Assembly (NCBI RefSeq): GCF_009914755.1
Contig: NC_060941.1
Reading direction: 5' to 3' (one strand)
Length of the DNA stretch: 64,000 nucleotides
Origin: the human T2T-CHM13v2.0 reference genome, Homo sapiens
In this document: piece by piece, positions 24,271-40,000 of the stretch
How positions within the stretch are numbered: the first letter of the stretch is position 1
How the letters are laid out: every line of letters begins with the position of its first letter
Made by a program: the position numbers and the translations under genes
The notes under the pieces: generated by a model
Database searches by the model: none
What the model was told of the DNA's origin: nothing
The model's input: only the letters and a program-made list of their open reading frames with translations

Positions 24271-27200
24271 TGCCGTTCACACTCCATTTTACAGATGACA
24301 AAACTGAGTGTCTAAGATATTGTTCTCGGTCTTAGACCTGCACCCGGGAGCCGGTCTCACCAATTCCCAGGCCGGTGCTCCAAGCCCGCGGGCCACACAG
24401 CGGCCCCAGGGCTGGCACTGCCCGTCTTCCTCACACACGCTTTTAGATTCAGGAATCTCATAAAGTGACAGAGCTGCCAGGACTCTTAGGGGTCATCAGT
24501 GTCACTCTGACATTTACAGGGGGGAGATGGGAACTTGGGGTGAGTTCGTGTCACTCCGCCAGTCAGTGGCTGTCCTTCTGTCCAGTGCCCAGAGCTCAGA
24601 GAGGCCTAACGGAGGAAAGCAAAGACCCCAGGACCTGCAAACTTGGTGCCACATATCCAAGGCTTACCTGCTCCTATTCACCTCTCAAATCAAATGCAAA
24701 CACTGCCCTGGAGGCATGAGCAGGGGAGACGCTACCAGCCCTCAGAGCACAGACAGAATGCCAGGCTACAGGTTGTTACTAAGCGGAAATGAACGGCGTT
24801 GATTCAAGGAGGAAAACTAAACATTTGTGCATATTTCAAACATTTCATCATAAGATTCTGAAACCCAGCTTTCAGAGACCATGCAAGTGTTCAGAGACCA
24901 CACCCAGAGCACAGTCACCCGACATCATGCCCTGTGGACCATCTGGGCTGGACTGGGCCTCATCCTATCCAGAAGAGTGCCATGGGGGCGAGGTTGTGCC
25001 ACTCCAGGCCTCTGCCTCAAGAAGGCCTGACAGCCTCGGTGTTTGCTCCCTTGGGCCTGAGCCACCACTCGAGAAGTCCAACTGGAGAGTCCCAGTGGAG
25101 AGGGGCAAGCCCTGAGATCAGCTGGAGGGGAAGCAAGGCCTGAATATCCCAGCATCAGAGTCAAGCCTCCAATGGCTCTATCCCCAGCACCATCTGCATG
25201 ACAGACCCCAAGCAAGAGCAGCAGAAGACCCGCCTAGCTGAACCCTGCCTCCCCACAGAGCCACGCAGGGTCACAACATGAAGATGAGGATCTGGTGCCA
25301 AGTGTCCAGATCCAGTGACAAGTGTCCTTATACAAGAAGAGAAGGGAAGAGACACAGGCACGAGAGAGAAGCCATGTGAAGACAGAGGCAGAGATGGGAG
25401 TGATGCAGCCACAAGCCCAGGAGGCCTAGTTCTGACCTTATTCCCAGAAGGGGTCACGGGCACCCCCAGTGTCTGCAGGACACAGAGGCTGAGCAGTTCC
25501 ATGGCTGATCACATGCCAGCACCTCTCCCTCCAGTTCTAATCTCATGCCAATGCACTGTCCCTCTGTCCCCCTCCCAGGTCTCTGGTTCCTATTATTGCC
25601 AGAAGTAGCCTCTCACAGGGCCCCTGCTGCTATCGCCACCATCCAGGGGCAACAGAGAGCTCTCCCCACAGCCCTGCTCTGACCCCCTTCTCCCATGGCT
25701 GCCCCTGCCCCCAGCAGGACATCAGCCTCCCAGCCTGGCACATAGGGCCCTCTGTCATCTGGCATCTGGTCCCTCCTAGTGCCATCTCCAGCTGCCCCTG
25801 AATCCTTGCTCTTCCCAACTCAGTCCTCTGCAACCCCCATGTTGGGGGACAGGGTCCTGCCCTTGGTGCTTTTCCTCGTCTTCTGCCGGACAGATGAGCA
25901 GCCCCACCCAGTAGGGCAGGCTGCCTGGGCCACCTGTTCCCCTCAGGGAGACACACACACTCCCTGCACCTGCCCCGGAGCCCGGGCAGGAAGCTCCTCG
26001 CGTCGGCCTGGAGTCGTCGCAGTAGAACCCCACGCCAGTCTCCTCTCCTGCTCAACATCTCAAGCCATTTTCAGTCCAGCTTGGGAGCCTGCCCTGCTCT
26101 CCCCACCAAGCGCCATGTGTGAGCAGCAGGGCTTTCTGTGCTCTCTTGGTGAGCATGTGGAGCGGTCAGTCTCTACCTTCAAAGCAGATCTGGGGTGGGG
26201 TCCCTCCTGCTTCTGTGGAGTGGCCACCACACTCCTGCAGGCTGGGAGCCCGAGAGGAAGGGATTTATCCCAGCCTCCAGCACAGAGCCCCTCACAGCCT
26301 CCCAACGGCACAGTTCTCTGCTCCTAGCAGCACCTGTACATGCTGTTGCCTCTGTCTGGAACCCTGTCTCCACCGTGTGGCTTCAACATAGTTGCTTTTT
26401 GAATGAGCAGTTCCAGCGCACAGAGCACATGCTCCCCCAAAAACATATTCTCCCAAATCACCCTCACAGCAGCTCTATGAAGGCGAACAACTCCAGCCTC
26501 ACAGAACTAAGGCTCAGAGAGGGTCGGTAGCTTGCTCCAGGTCACACAGCTTGTGAGGGACATAACTAGGGGTCTGGCTCCACACTCCACACCCGCACCC
26601 CAGCCTGCCCTAAAGACTCCTCCTCGGGGAAGCCTTCCTTGTCCCCGTGTCACCTGCAGCTGGGTTACGTGGCTCCCGTGCACTGAGAGGAATTTGTCAT
26701 CTGCGTGGCTTGTCCACTGCCTGGCCTTCCACGAGACAGTGAGCTCCATGGGTCTGGGACAGGAACTGCCTCATTCTCCCCACTCCCCATGCACAGCAAG
26801 CCTGCCACAGTTCCAGGTCCCACTAAGGAGTGGCAGTTCTGAATGGGATGCAAGAGAAACCTGGAGTCAGGGTGAGGTGGGACCTGGCAGGGCTGGAGAC
26901 AGGGAACGGCAGAATTCAGGGAGCCCACGGAAGGGGGCAGAGAACAGGTGAGCCCTTCCACCGTGTGCAGCTGGACAACTTGGTCACATGGTGTCCTCTG
27001 CTCTCTGCCCTTGAATAGGTCCACCTCTGGGTCCCTCCCCTGGCCATGTGGCTCTGTACTTCCTGTTTGCAATCCACAGCAAGCTCCCCTCCTGCCCCAC
27101 CAGCCCATGCAGGCATCAGAAGTCAGAACAGAACAGACCTTAACCCTGGGCCCCTGGAGAAATAAAGGGCAGGGTAGGGCAGTGCACAGCGACAGTCACA

Positions 27201-28523
27201 GAGCCACCAAAAGCCGCGCCATGGCACAAGTGTGGCAGCTGATGTAGGGTGAGGCATGGTAATGCCGACCCCACTGGCACCAACACATCCTCACACAGCC
27301 CCCAATGCTCACAGCCTTGGGCTCCATCCCTGGAGCCAAGATGAGGCTCCAAGGTTCTGCCCAGTGCCCTCTGGCAAGGGGGCTTGGCTGATGGTCACAC
27401 ACATGAAGTGGCTAACCTTGTCCCAGGGGCAACAGTTCACCGCCAAGGAGCAATAGCCTGCAGACGCCACTCTGGGTCATTTTGCTGTTGCAGAGGGGAC
27501 AAACTTTGGAACCCCCAGACTGTGCTCAAATCCCAGCTCACTCACGCATTCCCTGTGTGACTGTCAGCAAGTCACTCCAAATTTGAGACTCACTCTCTAG
27601 ATCTGTGAGGTGGCTAGGAATGACCCACGGGGGAATCTGTTGCATCAGAGGTGGGCAATGTTCCAGGTTTGCAGGAAGTTTCAAATGCATCACTGGATGC
27701 AGGGAAGGTGCGCAGGTGGCCAGACACCAGGGCGGCAGGCATGGCCCCTCGCATCTGTGGCTGGGCTCTTCAGCCCCTCTGTATCCACACCCCCTCCATG
27801 TGAATCTGCACTTCTTCCCCTCAGGAGAGGCTGTGCTAGATTAAAAATGGCCTTGAATTCACCATGGCTACAGGTTTCCCCCCTCCCCCAGCTTGCTCCT
27901 TCCACCAAGAGGTGGCGTCTGTTTCCCCTCCCCTGAATCCGCTGGCACTGTGAATGGAAAGAAATGCAGCGGTGGTGATGAAGTGTAAGTTACCAGCCTA
28001 GGTGGCGAGAGGACTGCGTGCTACTGTCTGCTGCACTCCTGTATCGTCATGAGATGGACGCACCTGGCCAGCCCACTTGTCCCAGGAGGAGGATGAGAGG
28101 CACATGGAGCAGAGCCAGCCTGGCACAGCTGAGCCCAGCCAAACCCCTGACTCGGGAGAAAGCACACACCTCCGCATTTGGGGATGGCTTGTTAGGCAGC
28201 AGCAGCTAACTGACAGGAGAGCAGGAGATGCCAGGCTAAGCAGGGACAACAGGGTGCTGGGCAACCTCCATCATCAGGCACACAGGCCCTGCCCATGGGA
28301 CCTTAGCCCTGGGACCTGGCCTCATGGAAATGATGTTATCACAGGAAAGTCACTGCAAAGGAAAGGAACCAATCAGCCCCAAGAAGAGCAGGACAGGCCG
28401 AGAGCAGGGCAGATGCCATCGCTAGTATTTATGGATCCACACGGCATCCCTCTTCTGTCCTTTCTGATGCCACAGAGCAGGGCAGGTGCAAAAAGAGGTG
28501 TTTGCTGGGATAGGGTTAATTAG

Positions 28524-28991
<468 letters not shown>

Positions 28992-29072
28992 TAATGAACT
29001 ACTTAAACATTTTAAGTGATACCTTTCCCTTCTCTTTCTTAGGAAGCCTCTTTTGCCTCTAAATGGAATCTG

Positions 29073-30443
29073 ATGGATTCACAGCCAGATTCTAGCAGAT
29101 GCACAAAGAAGAGCTGGTACCAATTCTACTGCAACTATTCCAAAAAATCAAGGAGGGTCTCCTTTAACTCATTCTGGAAAGCCAGCTTCACTCTGGTACC
29201 AAAACCTGGCAAAGACACAACAACAAAAAAAAGAAAACCACAGGCCGATATCCCTGAGGAACATAGATGCAAGATGGATTACAGATTTAAATGTAAGACC
29301 CTAAACTATAAGAATCCTAGAGAAATCCTGGAAAATACCATCCTGGACATTGGCCCTGGGAAAGAATTTATGACTAAGTCCTCAAAAGCAATTGCAACAA
29401 AAACAAAAATTGACAAGTGGGATCTAATTAAATGAAAGAGCTTCTGCACTGCAAAATAAACTATCAGTGTAAACAGGCAACCTACAGAATGGGAGAAAAT
29501 GTTTGCAAACTATGCACCCAACAAAGGTCTAATATCCATAATCTATGAGGAAGTTAAACAATTCAAAAAGCAAACAACAAATAACCCCACTAAAAAGTAG
29601 GCAAAAGACATGAACAGACACTTTTCAAAAGAAGACATGCAAGCAGCCAACAAACATGACAAAATGCTCAACATCACTGATCATCAGAGAAATGCAAATC
29701 AAAACCACAATGAGGGACCATTTCACACCAGTAAGAATGGCTATTGTTAGAAAGTAAAAAAACAACAGATGCTGGTGAGGCTACAGAGAAAAGGGAACGC
29801 TTATACGCTGTTGGTGGAATGTAAATTAGTTCAGCCACTGTAGAAAGCAGTTTGGAGATTCCTCAGAGGACTTAAAACAGAGTTACCGTTCAGCACAGCA
29901 ATCCCATTACTGGGTATATATCCAAAGGAAAATAAACCGTTCTACCAAAAAGATACATACACACGTATGTTCATCACAGCACAATTCACAATAGCAAAGA
30001 CATGGAATCAATCTGGGTGCCCATCGATGGTTGGATAAAGAAAATGTGGTAAATATACACAATGAAATACTACACAGCCATAAAAAGAAAAATATGTTTT
30101 TTGCAGCAACATGGATGCAACTGGAGGCCATTATCCTAAGTGAATTAATGCAGAAACAGAAAATACCACATGTTCTCACTTATAAGTGAAATGCTAAGTG
30201 TCGAATACAGATGGACATAAAGACAGGAACAACAGACACTGGGGCCTACTAGAAGGGGGAGGCAGAGAGAGAGGGCAAGGGCTGAAAAACTACCTATTGG
30301 GTGCTATGCTCACCACCTGGGTGACAAGACCATTTGTACCTCAAACCTTAGCATCAAGCAACATACCCATGTAACAAACCCTACACATGTACCCCCGGAT
30401 CTAAAAAAAAAAGTTGAAATTATAAATAAAATAATAATAGAAA
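29073..30443 (+). mobile_element. 5'-truncated primate L1 (older L1PA/PB) with an internal deletion, poly-A and 13-bp TSD
   Basis: ORF2 remnants ([12 protein letters not shown]). TSD taaatgga(a/g)tctg at 29060-29072 and 30444-30456. Confidence 0.9.
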
Positions 30444-30745
30444 TAAATGGAGTCTGCAGCACTGGTGGAGGGCAGGTGGTGGCTGCTGCTCAGGTGCTCA
30501 CACAGGTGGGTCTGCTGCTTACTTGTGCCTGTGCTTCAATGACTGGCACAGCCTCGGCAGCCTCTAGTGCAAGGCTCTTCCTCACATGGCAGGTCCTTTC
30601 TCCTGCTTTCTTCTTGTCCACAGACTTCTGGAAATGTTGCCTACATTGTTTTTTTTATCCCGGGATGATCTCCCTGGCTTCTGGCCATTTGCTTGGACTC
30701 TGGGCTTCATGCATTGTGGACTCTCCTGTTCTAGGCCTGGCATCA

Positions 30746-31090
<345 letters not shown>

Positions 31091-31643
31091 CTAGCAGGAA
31101 CTCTGGGTTTGACCACAAAGGACATCAAAGTTAAAAAAAAAAATACAGTAAAATTCCAGAAGGCAATTCCAGAGTAAGCCAAGTACTTTTACAATATACA
31201 CATTGAAGACTATGCATTGTCCTCTAAGTACTATTTTAGCTGCATTGCATTTTGATGTGTAGTATTTTTCCTCTACCTAGATCAAAATGCACTTATTTTT
31301 CATTATTATCTTTTCTTTGACCTATGGGTTATTTACAAGTGCATTTCTTAGTTTCCAAACGTATGAAGATTTTCAGTTATCATTTAAAATTTAGATCTGG
31401 ATTACATTGTTACATAAGACTTTTACTTGCATTTTTCAAGCCTCATCAAGGAGAAATATATTTCAAATCAGCATAAGGAAAGAAGGGGAAAAGCCAGAAT
31501 CCTCTTTGACAAGCTGGGGGAGGGGGCTGGAAGGAAGGTGGAAAAGTTCACATGAATAGTGTTTCTTCTGTCTTAATACTAGATGAGAATTACAGCAGCT
31601 TACACAAGTATCAGTGCCAAGGCACAGAAGCCAAGGAAACTAA

Positions 31644-32118
<475 letters not shown>

Positions 32119-33675
32119 TAGAGTAAGGTATGGCTTTTGAGATGTCCTGACTTCGTAAATATGAATAAATAAATAAATAAATATGTATAAATAAAATATA
32201 TGTGGCTCACACATATATTTTAAGGACACATTTTGGAGACAGTGCAGGATAGTGGATAAGAACCCAAATTTCAGAACCAAATTTCAGTTGGGGCCATCCC
32301 TGGCTGTACCACTTGCAGGCAGTGTGGTCTTAGCCTCTCCGTGCCTCAGTTTCCTCATTTCCAACATAGGGAAAATAACAGTACTGACTTCTTCGTAGGG
32401 TTGTTGGCAGAGTTGTAGGGCCCAGCACAGTGCCTGGCACATACTAAATGCTCACGTAATGGAAAGCTTAAGTAGAATATTCATTTGAGCCTCTTCACAA
32501 AGCAAACAGATCCGTTCTTGTGTCTTTGACAGAGTAAAGGAAGGAACTAAAAGATCACGGAATTGGGACCTTAGGGAAAACTCAGATGGCCCACATAGGG
32601 CCAGTGACCTCCCCTGCTCTGGCCCTGCCCTATCCCCAGGGCGCCCCTGAACCGCACAGAAACTGACACCTCCACTCTGCATCACACAGGGTTAGCCCAG
32701 CATTGGTGTCCTTGGGGCTTTCTGTGACCTCCTCCCCTGTTGCAGGTGGTGCTGTTGCAGGTGGTGCCTGAGTGCCCCAGCCCACTGACCCTCCCTGCCT
32801 GACCTCACACCCCTCCCTGCCTGACCTCACACCCCTCCCCTCCCCCGCCTGGGACTCAGTCCTCCCCACTGTGTTTCCCTCCTCTGAGCCTCTGCTCATA
32901 GTGCCCTTTCTTCCAGGTGCCCATCTGATTTCCGCATTCTGTGACCTCTTAACAATCTGCCTCTGATGGTGCTTCCTCTAGGGACACCTCCCTGCTCCCC
33001 AGCCCTTTAGCTGAAGGGGGTCTCTCCCAACTGTGGCTTTCTACCTTGACACATAGTCATTTCTCCCATTAGATGACACTGTCTTTGAAGGGCCACGGCA
33101 GATTCCTATTTCCATGGGGCTGGAGCACTCCATCTATGTCTGTGGGATGAACCAATGAATGTTCTAATTCATTAATGGGTAGTGGTTCAGGTCATGATTT
33201 AGGAGTCGGAGTCCTGGGTTCAAACCAGGATGTCGCTGTGACATCTCCACTTTTAAACTGGGTGATCTTGGGTGAGTCACTCAGCCTCTCTGAGTTCCCC
33301 TCAATAAGTATTCATGAAGGACTTACTATGTGTCAGGCACTGTGCTAGGCTCAAGTCAGACATGGTTCCCCTGCCAGGGAGCTCCCAGTCTAGTGGTTGA
33401 GTCAGACATAAAACACATACACATGAAAGAACAAAACAGCAAATTGTGGTAAGTTCTATCAAGGAAAAGAACAGGTTATGAAAAAGAACAGCAAGCAACG
33501 AATAATTTTCAAGACAATCAGGGAAAACTGGATATTGCCTGAGTATTAGATGATGTTAATAAATTATTGCTGGCAGTGATAGGATATTTGGATTATGTTT
33601 CACAGGTTTTCGTGGTCCAGTATCTGCAGGTAAAATTATATGAGATCTTGGCTGTGCTTTAAAATACACAAGGCA

Positions 33676-34044
<369 letters not shown>

Positions 34045-34458
34045 TTAAACAATTTGTGAAGCTGGTGATGGGTGCAGAGGGCGTCATTGTGCTGTCCTCT
34101 CTATGTACATGTGTGATAAGTTCTGTAATAAAAAGTTTCAAAAGAATGTAACAACACACAGTGACAAGGGAGGGCCTAGTTCTACTGGGTGGTCAGAGGA
34201 GACCCCTGACGTTTGGGCTGAGACCTGAAGGTTGAGTAGGAGGGAGCTGAGGGAAGATGATAGAGGGAATGCATTCCAGGCAGCGGGAATAGCATGTGCA
34301 AAGGAACTGAGGCAGGAAAGAATGGACTGTGTTTGAGACACCGAAAGGAGGTTGTGTGACCAAAGCAGAAAGGTGGAGGGGTAAGAGGTGCCACACTGTA
34401 CATCTCCTCCTGCCACCCTTTCCTCAGCCACCTGACTGTGGGGCCAGAGGGTGCTCTA

Positions 34459-34818
<360 letters not shown>

Positions 34819-35842
34819 CTAGGGGCCTGGGGCAGCCACCTCCCCTCTCCAGCCTCAGTTTCCCCATCTGCACATGGTTGTTTTCAGGCCCCCTGCTCTC
34901 TCACATCAGCAGTGCCCTACTGGGCCCTGTTCCCTGCCCTCCTTAACGTGCCACGCCTCTCCCTGCCACAGGGTCTTTGCACCTGCTGTTCCCTCACATG
35001 ACGTGCCCTTCTCCCCAGCCCCTGCCCCTCAGCTGTTTATTCCTTCTCAGACTGAGACCTCTGTCTAAACCTGATCTCCAAGGGAAGCCTTTCTGACTCA
35101 CCCCCTAGACTAGGACACGGTCCTTCTTCTACACACTCGCACTGCCCTTTACCTGTTGCTGTGGTCACTTTCCTTCTATGCATGTGGTTATTTGATGCTG
35201 GCTCCTACACTAACTGTGAGCACCATCTGGCAGGGACTGTGCCTAATTTTTCTTATTAATTGCTGAGTCCTCAGAACCTAGATAGTACTTAGGACACAGC
35301 ACCTGCTCATTAAGTGAATGGTTTCTTTAAGTACGGACCAACTCAGTGCCTAGCACACAGCAAGAACCAAGAATGTCAATTTCCTTCTTGTTTTCTTTTT
35401 TACTAAAGTATGAAACAACCACAATGATGTGTGTAAAGTGCACAAAAAGCTGAAGAATACAGCTTGGTGAAATTTGATGTATGTATGCACCTGTGTCATT
35501 ACAGCCCACATGGAGATGTAGGACATTTCCTCACCCCTGAAGCCTCCCTGGGGTCCCCCGACACCCAATGCCCATGCCTAGAGGGAGCTACTGTTCTGTT
35601 GTTACCCTCATAGGCTAATATTGCCCCTTCTGGTACTTCCGTGTCTGGTTTTGTTCCTCCACTTGGTGCCTGAGACTCATCCATGTGGGCGCTCTCTGCA
35701 TGTCTGGTTTTGTGTTACTGTGAATCTTCCACTGTGTGCATGCATCACCTTCTCCATCCTCTTCTGATTTCATGACATTTGCTTCCCCCAATAACTTCTC
35801 CTTAAAAATGCTTAAAAGCATTTTGCAAGGCATATGTTTGTT

Positions 35843-36131
35843 CTTTTTTTTTTCTTAGATGGAGTCTTTCTCTGTTGCCCAGGCTGGAGTGCAGTGGGTG
35901 TGATCTTGGCTCACAGCAACCTCCACCTCCCGGGTTCAAGCAGTTCTCCTGCAGCCTCCCAAGTAGCTGGGATTACAAGTGCATGCTACCATGTCTGGCT
36001 AATTTTTGTATTTTTAGTAGAGAGCGGGTTTCACTATGTTGGCCAGTCTGGTCTCAAACTCCTGACCTCGTGATCCGCCCGAGTCGGCCTCCCAAAGTGC
36101 TGGGATTATAGGCATGAGCCACCACGCCCAG
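35843..36131 (-). mobile_element. AluS element in intron 1
   Basis: Alu reverse consensus. Confidence 0.92.
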
Positions 36132-36181
36132 TGGCATGTGTTTGTTCTTTAACGAAAGCAAGCTGAGGGAAGACCAGAGGT

Positions 36182-36472
36182 GGCTGGGCACCATGGCTCA
36201 TGCCTGTAATCCGAGCATTTTGGGAGGTAGAGGTGGGAGGATTTCTTGAGGCCAGGAGTTCAAGATCAGCCTGAGAAACATAGTGAGATCCTGTCTCTAC
36301 AAAAGGATTTTTAAAATTAGCCACGTGCTGTAGTCCCAGCTATTCAGGAGGCTGAGACAGGAGGATCGCTTGAGCCTGAGAGTTCAAGGCTGAGGTGAGC
36401 TATGACCACATCACTGCACTCCAGCCTGGATAACAGAGTGAGACCCAGTCTCTAAAAAAGGAAAAGAAAAAA
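36182..36472 (+). mobile_element. AluJ element in intron 1
   Basis: Diverged Alu consensus. Confidence 0.9.
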
Positions 36473-37099
36473 GACCAGGGGCCTCTCATTTAACACGGCA
36501 GCTTAAACACAGGGGTTTATCTTCCTTCCCTCCTGAAACCATGCAAAGCTGACAGTCAAGTCCATCTATCTTCAGAGATCAAGGGAATGGCAGAGGTTTC
36601 TACAGCAAAGAACACATGTCTCTAACATTCTGGGAGATGGAGGAACCAGAGTGCCTGACTGCCTTTGAGAATCTCTCATCATTGATGCCTACATGGGAAG
36701 GAAGTTGTTCTGAGTCACAGAACTCAAGGAAGTCTCCAGATTTGGAGGCACCACGTATCTCTGACGGCAGGGCTGGGCAGAAGGGGTGAAGCTCTGTAAG
36801 AGGATTGGTTGGAAACTTACATAAAGAGGGTGTGACCCCAGCACATCCCCATTCCAAGGCAGGTGCCAGTCCCTCACCCACCCAGGCATAAGAGTGGGGT
36901 CTCCTTGGACACAGCTGAGGGTAGCAACGTGGTCCTTCCTGGCAACAGGGGAATTGTGATAATCTTCCTCCTGGACAGCCAGTCTCCCCTCTCCTTACCC
37001 ACCCCAGTTTCTATCTAAGGAGTGTGGCAACCAGGTTTTTAAAGATGCCTCCCTCCCTACCCTGCAACTGGCAGGAAATCAGAAGTCTCTGCTCTGGGA

Positions 37100-40000
37100 A
37101 AACAGACCCAAAGGAAAAGACCCAGAGGCACTGACAGCGGGAGATTCTCTCCAGAAAATGTCCAAGTCCCTGCCTGATCCCACTGGGGCAAAGCTTCTAC
37201 GTCAGTGAGCCCAACTGCTTACCCAGAACTTCCAGGCAGCTGTCAGTGCCTCAGTCTGACTTGTGAACCAATGGCCAAGGGTCACCTGATATGGGAGCAC
37301 TGCCTCTAGCAGGAAAGCAAACTCAAACCAAACAGAAGGCAGACACCTGGTGCCAACGAAGACACGCGGGAAACAGAAGAGCATTTTAAAACAAGAGCAG
37401 CAACAGTTGAGATCCCCAGAAATATAAGAGAGGATTGTGTATCTAAGAAACAAAACAGCAGACTATTGTAAAGGACGTTCGTAGAACAAATGAGAATTGT
37501 TAGAATTATAATTTATAGCCAGAATAAAAACATCAGTAGAAGGGCTGGAAGATGTAATCGAATAAATTGTCTAGAAAATAAGAGACAAAAGATAGGAGAT
37601 TATGGAATCATTTCAGGAGCTCCGAAGGTTGACTAATGATTGGAAGGACATTGGCTCCAGACTGAAGGAGTCAATCAAGTATCAGTGCAATACAGTCTCA
37701 CAAACTAGGGTACATCATCATATTTACGAAGTCAAGACATCTCAAAAGCAATCCTGGGATGTGAGGAGTGACATGGAGGAAAGCAGTAAAGTGGCAAGCT
37801 CTGGGAATCTGTGCCTCCTGCTAAATGACTACGGAGCTGCCAGCCACTGTCTGAAGTCACTATTTGGGAACTGTGGAGTTGTCCAGGGGAGAGCTTGATG
37901 GTAAATTTTAGGAATTTCAGCCTATCACATGGTAGTGGCTACTTACTATTCCATGGCAGTGCCACTTGGCTAGAGCCAGGATAAGCAAGAAGGACCCTTG
38001 TCCGCCAAATATTGAGGTTGTGGGTTCTGATTGCTGATGGCTACCTGTGACCACTGAGGGGCCGGCACAAAGGACATTGTTTCAACCCTCAAGGGCTGAA
38101 GTGGCTTCCACGGGATTTAAAGAGACAGTATCCTTCTCTGGTCTGGGAGCCAAGCACTTAAGGAAATCTTTGTTGGGTCACTGGTTGACTGCAGAGATAA
38201 AAGAACAGAAACTTCAGTGACTACACACAACAAGGAATACATACTGTGCAAAAATACAAATTAAATTTGGAAAAATACATAGCTTAAAACTAAAAGCTTG
38301 GAAAAGTCACAAACAGATGGCTTCAGCCCTTAACAGGCAAGTTTCAGCAATCCTTGAGGAGTGGTAAGGTTAGATTTCCAGTCACCACAACGTAACACTC
38401 AAAATGTCCAGGTCTCAAAAAAATATTACAAAGCATACAAAGCAGCAGTTTTGCCACATTTACAGGAAATACAGACTATGACAGAAACCATTTCCAGGGA
38501 CGTCTATATATTGGGATTACTAGTCAAAGGTGTGAAATCAAGATTTGTGTTAGGCATGTTCAATGAGCTTAAGGAAACCGACAGAGAACTAAAGGAAGTC
38601 AGGAAAATGTTGTGTGAACACAATGAGCACATGGTAAAGAGAAAGAAGTGGTAAAAAAAGGAACCAAAACTTGGAAGCAACCAAAATGTCCTTCAGTAGG
38701 TAAATGTATAAATAAAGTGTGGTATATTCAAACAATGGACTGTTATTCAATACTGAAAAATGAGCCATCAAGGCATTAACAGACATGCAGTAACCTCAAA
38801 TGCATATTACTAAGTGAGAGAAACAAAGCTAAAAAGTCTACTGTATGATTTCAACTCCATGACATTCTGGAAAAGTCAAAAACTATGGAGACAATACAAA
38901 AATCAGTGATTCCCAGGGGTTGGAGGATGGGAGGGATGAGTAGGTGGAGCACAGAGGATTTTTAGGGCAGTGAAGCTACTCTGCAAGATACTCCGATGGT
39001 GGACACATGTCCGCATACATTTGTTCAAAGCCATGTACAACACTGAGAGTGAACCCTAATGTAAACGTCGGACTTTAAATGATAACGACGTGTCAGTGTA
39101 GGTTCACTGATTGTAACAAATGCACCATCTGGTTTAGGATGTTGCTAGTTGAGGAGGCTGTGCGGGGGGATGTGGACAGGGATGTGGGAACTCTCTGTAC
39201 TTTTGCTGAATTTTTCTGTGAGCCTAAAAATGCTCTAAAAGTAGTCTTTTTTTTTTTTTTAAAGAACCATACAGAAGTTCTGGAATGAAAAAGTTCAAAA
39301 AGTGAAATACGAACCTTAATGGAAGGGAACTATCGCAAATTTAAGCAAGCAGAAGAGGCAATTGGCAAACTTAAAACAATTGAAATAATAGTCTGTGTAG
39401 CAAAAATGAAAAAAGATTGAGGAAAATTGAACAGAGCCAAATGTACTAATGTATGCTCATAGAAGTTACAGAAGGAGAAGGGACAAAATGGCAGAAAAAG
39501 TATTTGAAGGAATAATGGCCCCAAATTTCCCAAATCTGAGAAGACGTGAATATACTCATTCAGGAGTCTCAATAAATTTGATGCAGGAAAACCTCAAAGA
39601 AGCCCACACCAGGACATATTACAATAAAATCAAGGAAACCCAAGGCCAGAGAGAATTGTGAAAGCAGCAAGAGAGAAGCAACTTCTTGTGTACAAAGGAT
39701 CATCAATACGGTAACAGCTGATTTCTCCTAAGAAACCATGGCAGCCAGAAGGTAGTGAAATGATATATTTAAAGTCCTCAAAGAAAACAGTAAGCTGTCA
39801 ACCAGGAATTGTATATAATTTTAAATCACCTTTCAATAATGAAGGAGAAATTATGACTTTTCCAGATAAACAAAATCTGAGCAGTGCATTATCAGTAAAC
39901 TTGCCCTACAAGAAATCCTAAAGTGAGTCTTTCATGCTGAAATAAAAGTACTCTAGACGGTACCTTGAAGACATAAGAAAAAGTGAAGTAAATATAAAGG

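Noticed and set aside
32738-32850. 15-bp and 22-bp tandem duplications, also an 18-bp one near 56192-56227
   Set aside because: Ordinary slippage duplications with no sign of function.
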